Source: Nitrososphaeria archaeon
Lineage (GTDB): Archaea; Thermoproteota; Nitrososphaeria; JACIWG01
Assembly (NCBI GenBank): GCA_029776065.1
Contig: JARVJP010000009.1
Span: 196,514 to 260,513, forward strand
Length of the DNA stretch: 64,000 nt
Direction: 5' to 3'
The notes under the pieces were generated by a model, which worked only from the letters and a program-made list of their open reading frames with translations, made no database searches and was not told the origin of the DNA. The first letter of the stretch is position 1, and each line of letters opens with the position of its first letter. Positions 1-9,710 of this stretch are shown in pieces. The translations under genes were made by a program, and so were the position numbers.

Positions 1-227
1 CAACGACCACCAAAAGTATAGGACAGATCGAATTAAGTATTCTAAAGGAGATATCTTCTGGGCCTAAAACTTCAAGAGAAGTTCAAACAAAAATAGGAAA
101 GTCGAGAGAACATACAGCAAGATTACTTAAAGAATTGTATAATAAAGGATATTTGTTAAGAGAAAGCAAAGGGAAGTATTTTATTTACTCTATTAGTGAG
201 AGGGGAAAAAGTGTTACCTTTGAATAA
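1..227 (+). CDS. 3' part of winged-helix (MarR-like) DNA-binding protein, truncated by window start
   Basis: Frame 3 reads ...SGPKTSREVQTKIGKSREHTARLLKELYNKGYLLRE...VTFE*, a wHTH pattern; stop at 225-227. Confidence 0.7.
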   Translation, partial: TTTKSIGQIELSILKEISSGPKTSREVQTKIGKSREHTARLLKELYNKGYLLRESKGKYFIYSISERGKSVTFE

Positions 228-606
228 TAGGAGATTTTGAAAGAGAATATACCCACCCTGCTGAACTCCATTTTCTGTTAAGAAGACCACGATCTACTAA
301 ACGCATCAAGTAAGTTGATACAAGTGCGTGTTTTATTTGGGTACCGAATTGTTCTTGTGCAATTAATAATAAATCAGAGGAAGTAAACTCTCCTGTAGGA
401 AAATGTTTTTGTAAAATATCATAAAAACGTTGAAATTTGGTGTCTTTTTGCTCGTCCATTTCATATTCAGTAGAAACCGAGTTAGTTAAGAAATCATATA
501 TTTTCTTTATTTCTTGTCCTGTGGCAGGCCCCGATAACTCGATTTTAATACATTTCCCACTAAGATCTTGAAATTCAATTTTCACCTTATTAGTCCTAAC
601 AGGCAT
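214..606 (-). CDS. Winged-helix protein divergent from cdc6
   Basis: C-terminal FTSSDL...VSTYLMRLVDRGLLNRKWSSAGWVY wHTH; start placed at ATG 606 (MPVRT) rather than TTG 666. Confidence 0.65.
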   Translation of the reverse strand: MPVRTNKVKIEFQDLSGKCIKIELSGPATGQEIKKIYDFLTNSVSTEYEMDEQKDTKFQRFYDILQKHFPTGEFTSSDLLLIAQEQFGTQIKHALVSTYLMRLVDRGLLNRKWSSAGWVYSLSKSPIIQR

Positions 607-739
607 TTCTATTACAGATAAAAAGAAAACAAAGATAAATAGATAAACTGTTAACAAGTTAATCAATTAGTCTAAGAAAGTTAACTAAAAAACATTGTTT
701 AACATCAAAGAAAATTTTAATGGAAAGGAAATAGTTATT

Positions 740-1075
740 TTTGTTCCAGATAGCGGTTCAGTGGAAAAAAAGGGGTTAAAATTAATTTATTTATCTGTTA
801 ATTGACTGGAAAAAGAGTCCAGTGGAAACAAAGGGGTTCAGAAAAAATTCAAAAAAGAAAAAAGATTAACAGAACAGTACTACCCCTCTATTTCTATTAG
901 AAGAAATATAATATATGAGAAGAAAAAAGTTAATAATAATTTACAATGAAATAAAATATAATTAACATTGATTTTATTATTTATACTCGATTTACTTAAA
1001 TCGATATATTATTATGTTATTATACTTTTCTTTTTCTTTTATATTTAATTATTCCAGAAGAAATTTAGGGGTGTA
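740..1075. promoter_or_regulatory. oriC: Chromosomal replication origin (oriC) with ORB elements and AT-rich DUE
   Basis: ORB-like boxes TTCAGTGGAAAAAAAGGGG (757-775), TCCAGTGGAAACAAAGGGG (818-836), reverse TCTAATAGAAATAGAGGGG (883-901), TCCAGAAGAAATTTAGGGG (1053-1071); very AT-rich 902-1050; directly upstream of cdc6. Confidence 0.9.
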
Positions 1076-1121
1076 GTAAAAGGAATATATACTAATATAA
1101 TAAATTTAGAGGTGGATATCT

Positions 1122-2333
1122 ATGGAATCTACTTCTGTTGATGATATATTCAAACGTGCTTTAACAAGTACAAATATTTTTAAAGATCGAAGTGTTCTTC
1201 GTTCTGATTATGTTCCTGATAAATTATATTTTAGAGATGAACAAATTCGGATAATTGCTGAGACGATCTCTCCTATTCTTCATGGAGCAAGGCCTTCTAA
1301 TATTTTTCTTTATGGAAAAACAGGAACAGGAAAAACCGCTGTAGCAAAATATGTTTTTTCTAAACTTAGTCAAACAGCTATTTCTAAATCTATTTTTGTT
1401 AAACTTTCTTATGTTAATACAAGAATGGCCGGTACAGAGTATCGTGTACTTTATGAGATTGCACGAGATTTTGGAATAACAGTTCCTCATACTGGTCTTT
1501 CTATAAGTGAAATTTTTGATAGAATTTTTAAATCTGTCTCTAAAGAAAATTTTTCTGGAATAATAACTTTAGATGAGATTGACTTTTTGGTTAAAAATCA
1601 TGGAGATGACCTTTTATATGAATTAACTCGAGCTAATGAAAAACTATCTAGTGGGTTTATTTCTTTGTTAGGCATATCAAATGATTTGACTTTCAAGGAC
1701 TTCTTAGATCCTCGTGTATTAAGTAGTCTTAGTGAAGAAGAATTAGTTTTTCCTCCTTATACTGCTGAAGAATTAAAAGTGATTCTTGCTGAAAGAATTA
1801 AAATAGGTTTTCAACCCAATGTTTTTACTGATGCTGCATTAAATTTAGCTTCTGCTCTTGCTGCCTCTGAACATGGTGATGCAAGAAGGGCCGTTGATCT
1901 TGTTAGGGTTGCAGGGGAAATTGCTGAGCGTAATGGTTTAAAAAAGGTTGATGAACAACAGATTAGGGAAGCTCTTTTAAAAATTGATCAAGATCGTCTT
2001 TCTGATGCGTTAAAATCATTACCGTTACACAGTAAACTTGTAGTTTTAAGTGTTGCATCTCTTAAAGAAAGTTTGTCAACCGGGGCTGTGTACACTAATT
2101 ATTCTTTGTTCTGTAAGAGATTAAATCTTTCTGAACTGACTCCCAGGCGTATAAGTGGCCTCTTAAATGAACTTTCTATGTTAGGAATAATTTCTGCCTC
2201 TACTGTTAGTTTAGGTAGGCAAGGTAGGAGTAAAAGACCTAAATTATTAATACCATTTTCTACTATAAAAACTGTCTTCTTAAATGATCCTATTTTATTT
2301 GATGTTTTAAATATGATTGAATCTACTGGTTAA
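1122..2333 (+). CDS. cdc6: Orc1/Cdc6 replication initiator
   Basis: Walker A GKTGTGKT, LDEID, GDARRA sensor, C-terminal wH domain; adjacent ORBs. Confidence 0.97.
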   Translation: MESTSVDDIFKRALTSTNIFKDRSVLRSDYVPDKLYFRDEQIRIIAETISPILHGARPSNIFLYGKTGTGKTAVAKYVFSKLSQTAISKSIFVKLSYVNTRMAGTEYRVLYEIARDFGITVPHTGLSISEIFDRIFKSVSKENFSGIITLDEIDFLVKNHGDDLLYELTRANEKLSSGFISLLGISNDLTFKDFLDPRVLSSLSEEELVFPPYTAEELKVILAERIKIGFQPNVFTDAALNLASALAASEHGDARRAVDLVRVAGEIAERNGLKKVDEQQIREALLKIDQDRLSDALKSLPLHSKLVVLSVASLKESLSTGAVYTNYSLFCKRLNLSELTPRRISGLLNELSMLGIISASTVSLGRQGRSKRPKLLIPFSTIKTVFLNDPILFDVLNMIESTG

Positions 2334-3807
2334 TAGAGAATTGATTAAAGTCCTTTTCAAAAACCTCCATTGTACTGTGATTTAGAATCGCAGCTTTTCC
2401 TGGAGTAGGATTGATTCCTATTGATTTTTGGTGTGCTGTTTGTTCTTGGAAAGTACCTGAATTTACAATAAGAGTGTTTCTATATTTTGTAATACCAAAA
2501 ACATGGACATGCCCTGCATGAAAAATATCAGGTACATTTTCTATTACTAAGCTGTCCTCTTCTGCAGGTGCTATGGTTGTTCTTGCTCCAAAAATTGGTG
2601 CAAGATGGCGCGCTCTTAACAAAGTTCTCATAGTGCTTTCCGGCCTTGCTGTTTCTATCCCAGGGGAAAACGCTAATACATCATCTAAACTTCTTCCGTG
2701 ATATATTAGAAAGTTTATTCCATGTAATTGTATTTCAAGAGGGTTTCCAAACATTCTCACATTCTCTAACTTATATAATTCCTCGCAATATTTTCTTGGT
2801 ATTGATGGTTGTGGAAGTGCTTGTCTTGTTGCATCATGATTTCCTGGAATAATTATTATCTCTATATGTTTCGGAAACTGTTCTATATATTGTGCCACTT
2901 GCATGTACTGTTCTTTTATATCCAAAATTTCTAATTCAGCTTCTTGGTGAGGATATACACCTACTCCGTCAACAAGATCCCCTGCTATTATCACATATTT
3001 TATCTTTTTTATTATTTCTCTTTCTCCATGAAGGCCTTGAAGCCAGTGGAGAAGGTGTTCAAATACTTCCTTTTGAAAGGTTTTACTTCCTATATGTAAA
3101 TCTGATAAAAGTAAAGTGTATACTTCGGGTGCACGACTGTACGTTATTTGGTCTGGTATTTCTGGGAACTCTAACCTTGATGCATATGCTATTCCCTCTT
3201 TTATAGAAGATATATCTACTATTATCATTTGATCAGGGAGTATCTCAATCGCATTTCTATTCTGTCCATCAAGTTTGGATATGATTTTTAAATAACCTGT
3301 ATCATCTTCTATCTCTATTATGGCGTTCTCTTTTACAATTCTTTTGTCTTTTACTAGACCTGCTATTCTAATATTTTTTCTTTCTTCTTGTGCTTGATTT
3401 ATTTTTAAAATTGTCTTTTGGGACGGCCTACTACTAATTATTTTTATCATTTTATTATAGCGATCTAAGAAGTATTTTCTAAACCCGTCTATTCCTTCTA
3501 AAATTTTTGTTTGATTACCTGGATCTCTTATTACTTTTATATCTGCTTCTATATCTTCATAAACTATTTTTTCTTCTTTTAATTCTTCTTTTTTTGGAAA
3601 CAAATATTGAAAGTCTTTGTAGCTAATAAATATGTTCTCAGGGTCTTTAACTTTTTTCTCTTCAATAATTTCAGAAAAAACTTTTTTAAAATCAAGATCC
3701 TTTCTTAACATAAGAAGTTCTGAAAGCTCGGTGAAGGCTTTCGGCTCCAATTGATATCCTTTTTTTGCTAATTCATATATGATGTTTTCTATCTGCGTTG
3801 TGGACAA
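2323..3807 (-). CDS. polB: DNA polymerase D small subunit DP1 (proofreading exonuclease)
   Basis: OB fold plus calcineurin-like motifs SDLHIGS, GDLVDG, PGNHD, YHG, GHVH, NSGTFQEQT. Confidence 0.95.
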   Translation of the reverse strand: MSTTQIENIIYELAKKGYQLEPKAFTELSELLMLRKDLDFKKVFSEIIEEKKVKDPENIFISYKDFQYLFPKKEELKEEKIVYEDIEADIKVIRDPGNQTKILEGIDGFRKYFLDRYNKMIKIISSRPSQKTILKINQAQEERKNIRIAGLVKDKRIVKENAIIEIEDDTGYLKIISKLDGQNRNAIEILPDQMIIVDISSIKEGIAYASRLEFPEIPDQITYSRAPEVYTLLLSDLHIGSKTFQKEVFEHLLHWLQGLHGEREIIKKIKYVIIAGDLVDGVGVYPHQEAELEILDIKEQYMQVAQYIEQFPKHIEIIIIPGNHDATRQALPQPSIPRKYCEELYKLENVRMFGNPLEIQLHGINFLIYHGRSLDDVLAFSPGIETARPESTMRTLLRARHLAPIFGARTTIAPAEEDSLVIENVPDIFHAGHVHVFGITKYRNTLIVNSGTFQEQTAHQKSIGINPTPGKAAILNHSTMEVFEKDFNQFSINQ

Positions 3808-3897
3808 CTTTATCTTGCGCTTTGTTTTAATAACTATTTTTGCTTTTATATCAACATTTTAATATTATGTCTGAACTTTGAGACGGGAGGAAAGAGT

Positions 3898-4584
3898 ATG
3901 TGCATTGGTCTTGAAGCTAAAGTCGAAGAAATCAAAAATTTATTAGAAAAAATTAAAGATATTGAATTAAAAAAGAAAACTCTCGATCTCCTTAATTTGA
4001 CAATACTAAATAAAAATTATATTTTATCTCAAGCATCAAAAAAGGTTCATCATTCTTATTTAGGTGGATTAATAGATCATACTCTTTCTACTACAAAAAT
4101 TGGTTTAGCTATTTCTGAACAACTAGAAGATATATACAGGTGCAAAGTGGATATAGATGTTGTTATCTCATCATGTCTTTTACATGACATTTTCAAACCT
4201 TTTACATATGAAGAGGGGGATAACACTGTAAATTCCCCTCTAGGGTTGTATATGGAACATTTAATTCTACTTACAATAAAATTAACACAAAATGGATTTC
4301 CTTTTAAAGTAATTCATGCAGTTGCAGCACATCATGGAGATTCAGGGCCTGTTAGGCCAGAAACACTCGAAGCTATGATAGTACATTTGGCTGATTACGT
4401 TGATTCAAAATTAAATGGCGATATACTTAGAAAGGCTAAAACAATATACCAAGAAGAGGTAAAAACAGGCACAGAACCAAAAGATATTCTGGTTGCACTT
4501 GAAATGTTCTCAAAACGTGCAGGAAAAGAAAACGAAGCAGAAAAGAAGTTCAGAGAACTTTTCTTTAATGAAAACAAAAACTAA
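3898..4584 (+). CDS. HD-domain phosphohydrolase (YhaM-like HD)
   Basis: HHSYLGGLIDHT, LLHDIFK, AHHG, HLADYVDS. Confidence 0.85.
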   Translation: MCIGLEAKVEEIKNLLEKIKDIELKKKTLDLLNLTILNKNYILSQASKKVHHSYLGGLIDHTLSTTKIGLAISEQLEDIYRCKVDIDVVISSCLLHDIFKPFTYEEGDNTVNSPLGLYMEHLILLTIKLTQNGFPFKVIHAVAAHHGDSGPVRPETLEAMIVHLADYVDSKLNGDILRKAKTIYQEEVKTGTEPKDILVALEMFSKRAGKENEAEKKFRELFFNENKN

Positions 4585-4620
4585 TTAAACTTTCTAACAG
4601 GATGTATATTATGCCCTAAA

Positions 4621-4723
4621 GCCGGGGTGCCTGAGTGGCCAAAAGGGCCGGCCTCGAGATCTCCTTTACAAGATAGCCGGTAACGGCTCTACCGTTCCAG
4701 GGGTTCAAATCCCCTCCCCGGCG
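4621..4723 (+). tRNA. tRNA-Ser(CGA) with 16-nt intron at 37/38 (4659-4674)
   Basis: GCCGGGG/CCCCGGC acceptor, CCGGC/GCCGG anticodon stem, long variable arm, TTCAAAT loop; relaxed BHB (CUCG/CAAG). Confidence 0.9.
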
Positions 4724-4775
4724 TTTTTGTTAATGTCAAAAGCTCTTATATTATTAAGAAATTATCTACGAACGA

Positions 4776-4860
4776 GCGGGGGTTGCCAAGCTAGGTCAAA
4801 GGCGCGAGGCTCAGAACCTCGTCCCGTAGGGGTTCGTGGGTTCAAATCCCACCCCCCGCA
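4776..4860 (+). tRNA. tRNA-Leu(CAG)
   Basis: GCGGGGG/CCCCCGC acceptor, CGAGG-CTCAGAA-CCTCG, variable arm, TTCAAAT. Confidence 0.95.
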
Positions 4861-4918
4861 CTCTTAACATTGCAAAAGCCTGATAACGTAGAAACAATAT
4901 TTATGTCACGTGCAAGGT

Positions 4919-5340
4919 ATGAAAATGCTTGTTGTTCATTATTCGAGGAGAAGGACTATGAAGAAGATAGCAGAAGCTATCGCGGGCATTTTGGGCTGTG
5001 ATATTGAAGAGGTCAGGCAGAGACGCAGGATCGAAGAAACTTACCATAATAGAAAAGATAAAGAAGCATCCTCGCATGTACGACGTCGTAGTAATTGGTA
5101 CTCCTGTTTGGAACAACACGATGTCTACGCCCATTAGAACATACATATTACAATACCGAGAGCAGTTTAAGAAAATCGCATTCTTCTGCACCCAAGAATG
5201 TTCTGAAAACGTCGCAATTAAGGACATTGAATTCTATGCAGCAAAAAGCCAGCTACATCGCTCAAACTGAGAAGAAAACAAGAAGTAGAGACTGAAGAAT
5301 ACATCGAAAAGATTAAGCATTTTGTCGCAAAAATAACGAG
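4919..5340 (+). pseudogene. Flavodoxin-family pseudogene (at least two frameshifts)
   Basis: MKMLVVHYSR..KKIAEAIA..LGCDIEEV in one frame, YDVVVIGTPVWNNTMSTPIRTY..IAFFCT in a second, LCSKKPATSLKL..EYIEKIKHF in a third; end approximate. Confidence 0.75.
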
Positions 5341-5417
5341 ACAAGGTCGTACGCAAGCAGATTTAGACAAAAAGGTTAAACAAATATGTCTTTCAAAGTT
5401 AGTCTACGAACATTCAA

Positions 5418-5822
5418 TTGTTGAAAACTGCAGTCCGCTTTTGGTTGATGGAAATCCTTATTTCAAGCTTTAATTTCTTTGTGCTCATGAACCTCGTCTA
5501 CGAACCAAGATGGGGCGAGTTAGTGGCACATCAAATTGGCATGTCTGCAAGAATCATATATATCTTTGTTTTCGCGTATTTCTTGCTTCGTTCAGTTCGT
5601 CAGTACGATGCAAAAGATCTGGTTCATGTTGGGATTTTATGGTTGGGCTTAACATTAATATTCGAATGGGAAGGCAGTCTTGCTATAGGACGCCCTGTAG
5701 AAGAGATTTTAATTGGCTGGAACATACTCGCTGGATATATATGGCCTTATGTATTGACAGCCTATCTGTTATCAAATCTAATTGTTGGCACAACTTTGCA
5801 TCCCGACAAGAAAACAAGTTGA
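5418..5822 (+). CDS. Small multi-pass membrane protein
   Basis: About 4 hydrophobic segments, GILWLGLTLIFEW motif. Confidence 0.6.
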   Translation: MLKTAVRFWLMEILISSFNFFVLMNLVYEPRWGELVAHQIGMSARIIYIFVFAYFLLRSVRQYDAKDLVHVGILWLGLTLIFEWEGSLAIGRPVEEILIGWNILAGYIWPYVLTAYLLSNLIVGTTLHPDKKTS

Positions 5823-6069
5823 GAAAATGGCACAAGATGAGAAGAAGGTTTGAAGGGGAAACATCTCCACGGTACAACATTCAAATCCTCTATTCCAATC
5901 CAAGAAAAATTATCGTTGAGTTTTATGTTCTTTAAAAATTCCGAGAATTTAAACCGAGGTCTAAACCTAACCCCCAAACACTAAATTTATGTCTTTAACT
6001 CTAATTGTTTTAAATGAAAAACATAGAAATAAACATAAAGCCTTTTATAAAGCTAGATAACTATGTTAT

Positions 6070-6342
6070 CTAATCACGTATGTTTTCTAAACAGCTTATT
6101 GCATCATAAATTTTTACTCTAGCGAAGATTGGTAAATTGGGGTCTTCACTGATTTCTGTTAGAATCGCTACAGCGTTCGCGGCTCTTACTCCTAGTTTAT
6201 CTTTTCCTTTTTGTAAATCTAATATTATTTCCTTTATAGTCTTCCTTATGTTTCTTGGAACAGTCACACTCTCTGATACATTTTGGAGGACTACTATTGC
6301 TTTATTAGCTCTATCTTGATTTTCTCTATTTATTAAAGACAA
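6070..6342 (-). CDS. UPF0147 family protein
   Basis: VPRNIR...RAANA...L.EISEDPNLP.FAR..I...IS.LE signature. Confidence 0.85.
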   Translation of the reverse strand: MSLINRENQDRANKAIVVLQNVSESVTVPRNIRKTIKEIILDLQKGKDKLGVRAANAVAILTEISEDPNLPIFARVKIYDAISCLENIRD

Positions 6343-6422
6343 ATTTGTTCACCCAATATAAGATGGTTTATTCTTTAACCATAAATCTTTCTATTTGTCA
6401 TTTTAAATAGTTATTGCTCTTT

Positions 6423-8561
6423 CTACCTGTTATATGATTTAGTGACAATTTCTCTAATTCGTTTTGCAAGTATTTTTCCTATCCCTTTAACTTCCATGAG
6501 TTCTTTCTCTGAAGCGTTAAAAACATTTTGTAAAGTGTTAAATCTTTCAAGAAGACGATTAGCTAAAACCACGTTTACACCAGGTATCCCTGCTAGAATA
6601 TACTCTTGAACATGTTGCATATCTAGTGGTTTCTCTCCTTCTCTTATCTTTATGCTCCTTTTTCTTTCTGATTGTTCCCTTCTCGCTATGGCGTAGAGCA
6701 GTGCTGCACTCTCTCCAGTTGATTCTGTTGTTATTAGGGGTATATTAAAGTCAGTAATTATACTCGCTAAGGCGCCAAAAAAAGAACTTTGAGTAATCCT
6801 ATCTAAACTGTTTCCTTTTTCAAGAATTAATAATGGTTTTATGTATTTTTGTTTGAGTTCAATAAGCTGTGCGAAAAGTCTTCCATCTATAATTGATTCA
6901 ATAAAATCTTTAACTGTTTTCCTTTCCACACAAACTTCATCAGATAACACGAAATCTCCTACATTTAACATTTGTTCATCAAGATTAATGTTTAGTTTAC
7001 TAAGTTCTTGTTTGATGTTGTTGCTCTCCCTTTTGTCCACATATATTTTTATTGTTCCTCCATTTTGTTCTTTAATGAAATGTTCTAATGAAGCATTTTT
7101 TGATAAATCCTTCTCTGCTTCTTTTATTACTTTTTCCATTCTCCTTTTTCCCACCCAAAAAAGAACTTCTTCTTTCGTCCCTTCTATTATAAGTGCAACA
7201 ACCCTTCCTTTTTTCTTTCTACCTGTTCTACCCTTTCTTTGGATGAATCTAATCGCTTCTGATACACAGTCATAAAAGATAACTAAATTACATTCTATGA
7301 TATCTAATCCTTCCTCTCCTACTTTTGTAGCAAAAAGAATTTGTTTTTCCCCCCTATTTAATCTATTTAAGGTTTCTAGTTGTTCCTTCTGACTTTGACT
7401 GAGTTCCCCCCTTTTGCCAATTAAGAAATCCGCCTCTAAACCCCAACTTAATGCTTTCTCATACAACATCTTCGCAGTATCCTTGTAATTAGTAAACACG
7501 ATTACTCTGTCCTTTCTAGGTATGTTTGAAAGGATTTTTTTGAGTTCTAAAACTTTAGGGTGTTCCTCGCCAACTATAAGCATGCTTTTGGCAGTTTCAT
7601 ATGCTGCTTTAAAATTTATGTTGCTCTTTAACTCTATTGCGCTTCTTCCCTTCTTTAAAAATATTCTATCACAGAAGTTTATAAAGGGTTCAATACCATT
7701 TGATTCAATAATTTCTTGGCAATGATATAACCTTATCAAAGATGTAATTTTTGATTTATCCTCTAAGTTAAGTTCTCCTTTTCCTAAATTAAGTAATTCC
7801 TTAAGCGATTTGATTGGTTGATTAGAGAGAATTCCCTTTTTAACCAATTCACTTTTTATTGTATCAATAGTCTGCATAATGTCATTTCTAATCTTTATTA
7901 ATGCAGGAGTTGGTTTGATCTTTACAACTTCTATTTTTGAGCCAATAAAATATCTTCTAATTTCCAAACTATTTTCAGTAACTTTTTCTATATGTTTTAT
8001 TTTAAGTGCACTAATAATCTGTTCATAATCTTCATATTTTGTTGGAGGCGATGCTGTAAAACCAACTATGCGAATTTCTGGTTTTCTAATTAAAGCATTT
8101 CTTCCTAAAAGCGAGTAAGGATGATTACCTATCGCATGGTGCGCTTCATCAAAAATTATTGAATAAAAATTCTCTAACTTAAAAATTCCTTTTTCTAAAT
8201 CACTTAGAATAACCTCAGCTGTTGCAACTACTACATCCTTATTCCATTTCTTTTTTCTTTCTTCTAAAGTATCTTCTCCTGTTATTTCGGAAATCCTCTC
8301 TACATCTATATCTAAAACTTCTTGTAATGTTTTTGTGTGCTGCCCAACAAGAACTCGTGTAGGCGCGACCACTAAAAATCTTCTTTTCTCTTCTTTCATT
8401 AAACTTTTTGCGATGAATAAAGATGCAATAATTGTTTTTCCTAGTCCGGTAGGGGCAATTATTAGACAATTTTGATTAAGACATATATCAGACAATCGAT
8501 CTTGGTATTTTCTAAATTCCAACCTATCTTTTCTTATGAATTTAATCTGTTTAAAATCCAT
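6423..8561 (-). CDS. hef: Hef (FANCM/XPF-like) helicase-nuclease
   Basis: PTGLGKT, DEAHH, QRKGRTGR, then ERCC4 nuclease VDKRE..GDF..VERKT and HhH2. Confidence 0.92.
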   Translation of the reverse strand: MDFKQIKFIRKDRLEFRKYQDRLSDICLNQNCLIIAPTGLGKTIIASLFIAKSLMKEEKRRFLVVAPTRVLVGQHTKTLQEVLDIDVERISEITGEDTLEERKKKWNKDVVVATAEVILSDLEKGIFKLENFYSIIFDEAHHAIGNHPYSLLGRNALIRKPEIRIVGFTASPPTKYEDYEQIISALKIKHIEKVTENSLEIRRYFIGSKIEVVKIKPTPALIKIRNDIMQTIDTIKSELVKKGILSNQPIKSLKELLNLGKGELNLEDKSKITSLIRLYHCQEIIESNGIEPFINFCDRIFLKKGRSAIELKSNINFKAAYETAKSMLIVGEEHPKVLELKKILSNIPRKDRVIVFTNYKDTAKMLYEKALSWGLEADFLIGKRGELSQSQKEQLETLNRLNRGEKQILFATKVGEEGLDIIECNLVIFYDCVSEAIRFIQRKGRTGRKKKGRVVALIIEGTKEEVLFWVGKRRMEKVIKEAEKDLSKNASLEHFIKEQNGGTIKIYVDKRESNNIKQELSKLNINLDEQMLNVGDFVLSDEVCVERKTVKDFIESIIDGRLFAQLIELKQKYIKPLLILEKGNSLDRITQSSFFGALASIITDFNIPLITTESTGESAALLYAIARREQSERKRSIKIREGEKPLDMQHVQEYILAGIPGVNVVLANRLLERFNTLQNVFNASEKELMEVKGIGKILAKRIREIVTKSYNR

Positions 8562-8657
8562 ACCTTATGTTCTAGTTTTTACAGTTATGCTAACAATTAA
8601 AACTTTTATTGAAACTTATTAAGTAAGCATAGATAGAAACTTTAGAGGGGAAAGAGA

Positions 8658-9710
8658 ACGGAAAAAGTTGTACTAGGGGAAGAAGATTTAGCCAAATATC
8701 CTTTCCTGCAAGAAGCAAGGCTAAGAATATCACAATTAGGGCTGACCCTAGAAGACCTCTCATCAGAAGAATTTGAAGCCGTTATAAAAAGGTGTGAAAT
8801 TCGAATAAAATCGTTTAAATACCCTCCCGAGCTCTATAGAGTTGACAAAGACTCCGACCTTCTATCCTTTGTCCTTGCTGTAGCAGTCATCAAGGCTAGT
8901 CAAAGAGAAGATGCTCTATTACGCTTTGCTTTTAATGAGGCTAATCGTTCAGAAGCCTTCTTGAAGACTGAAAACAAAAGGACCGTTACACATATAGTCA
9001 AACAATTACTCAATTTATCAATAAAAGAAATAGACCATGTAATCGGCAATAATCATTATGATTATCTAATGGACGTTAAAGAATATGTTGAACTCTCCTC
9101 AACATTTAAAAGCGATTATTGGAAAATAGTCAATAGGGTGGTTGATAACGGCTATGTCTATTTAAAGACAAATGAAGTCATAAGGCTTATTCGTGATAAA
9201 ATCAAAACAGAAATCTATAAGAGAATCAAAGAATCACCTGTTCCTAACATACCAAAGAATCTTCAATATTTAGTTGGAATCGTAAAAAATCGCCCATTGC
9301 CTAGAGCACCTCTTGAAAGTTCGCAATTAACTACTTATCCACCATGTGCAATGCGTGTTATTGCTAGATCAGAAGCTAATGAAAATCTTTCACATTTTGA
9401 GCGCTTCTTTCTAACTGCTTTCCTTCTTAAGACAGGAAAAAGTGTAGAAGATGTAATAAAGTTTTTCTCTACCTCTCCAGACTTTAATGAGAAAGTTGCC
9501 CGTTATCAAGTGGAACATATCGCTGGTTTAAAGGGTGGAAGAAAAGCATATAATGTCCCTGATTGCAAAACGTTATTTTCTCAGTCATTATGTTATAAAG
9601 ACGAATCTTGTAACGGTATATCTCACCCTCTTCAATACGGTAAACGTTATGTAAAAAGAGGTGAAAAAAGTTCTGATCGAAAAGGACACATTCCTAAAGA
9701 AGACTTTTAA
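8658..9710 (+). CDS. priL: DNA primase large subunit PriL (frame extends ~100 codons upstream of the ORF-track start)
   Basis: DLAKYPFL N-terminal motif at ~8685 in frame with PPC..H.ERF..DFNEKVARYQVEHIAG..Y..P.C; no ATG/GTG/TTG before 8961; ACG 8658 follows GAGGGG. Confidence 0.9.
   Translation, partial: TEKVVLGEEDLAKYPFLQEARLRISQLGLTLEDLSSEEFEAVIKRCEIRIKSFKYPPELYRVDKDSDLLSFVLAVAVIKASQREDALLRFAFNEANRSEAFLKTENKRTVTHIVKQLLNLSIKEIDHVIGNNHYDYLMDVKEYVELSSTFKSDYWKIVNRVVDNGYVYLKTNEVIRLIRDKIKTEIYKRIKESPVPNIPKNLQYLVGIVKNRPLPRAPLESSQLTTYPPCAMRVIARSEANENLSHFERFFLTAFLLKTGKSVEDVIKFFSTSPDFNEKVARYQVEHIAGLKGGRKAYNVPDCKTLFSQSLCYKDESCNGISHPLQYGKRYVKRGEKSSDRKGHIPKEDF

Noticed and set aside
5880-5888. TTCAAATCC as an att remnant of tRNA-Leu or tRNA-Ser
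   Set aside because: Only 9 bp in AT-rich DNA and lacks the acceptor-stem part; may be chance
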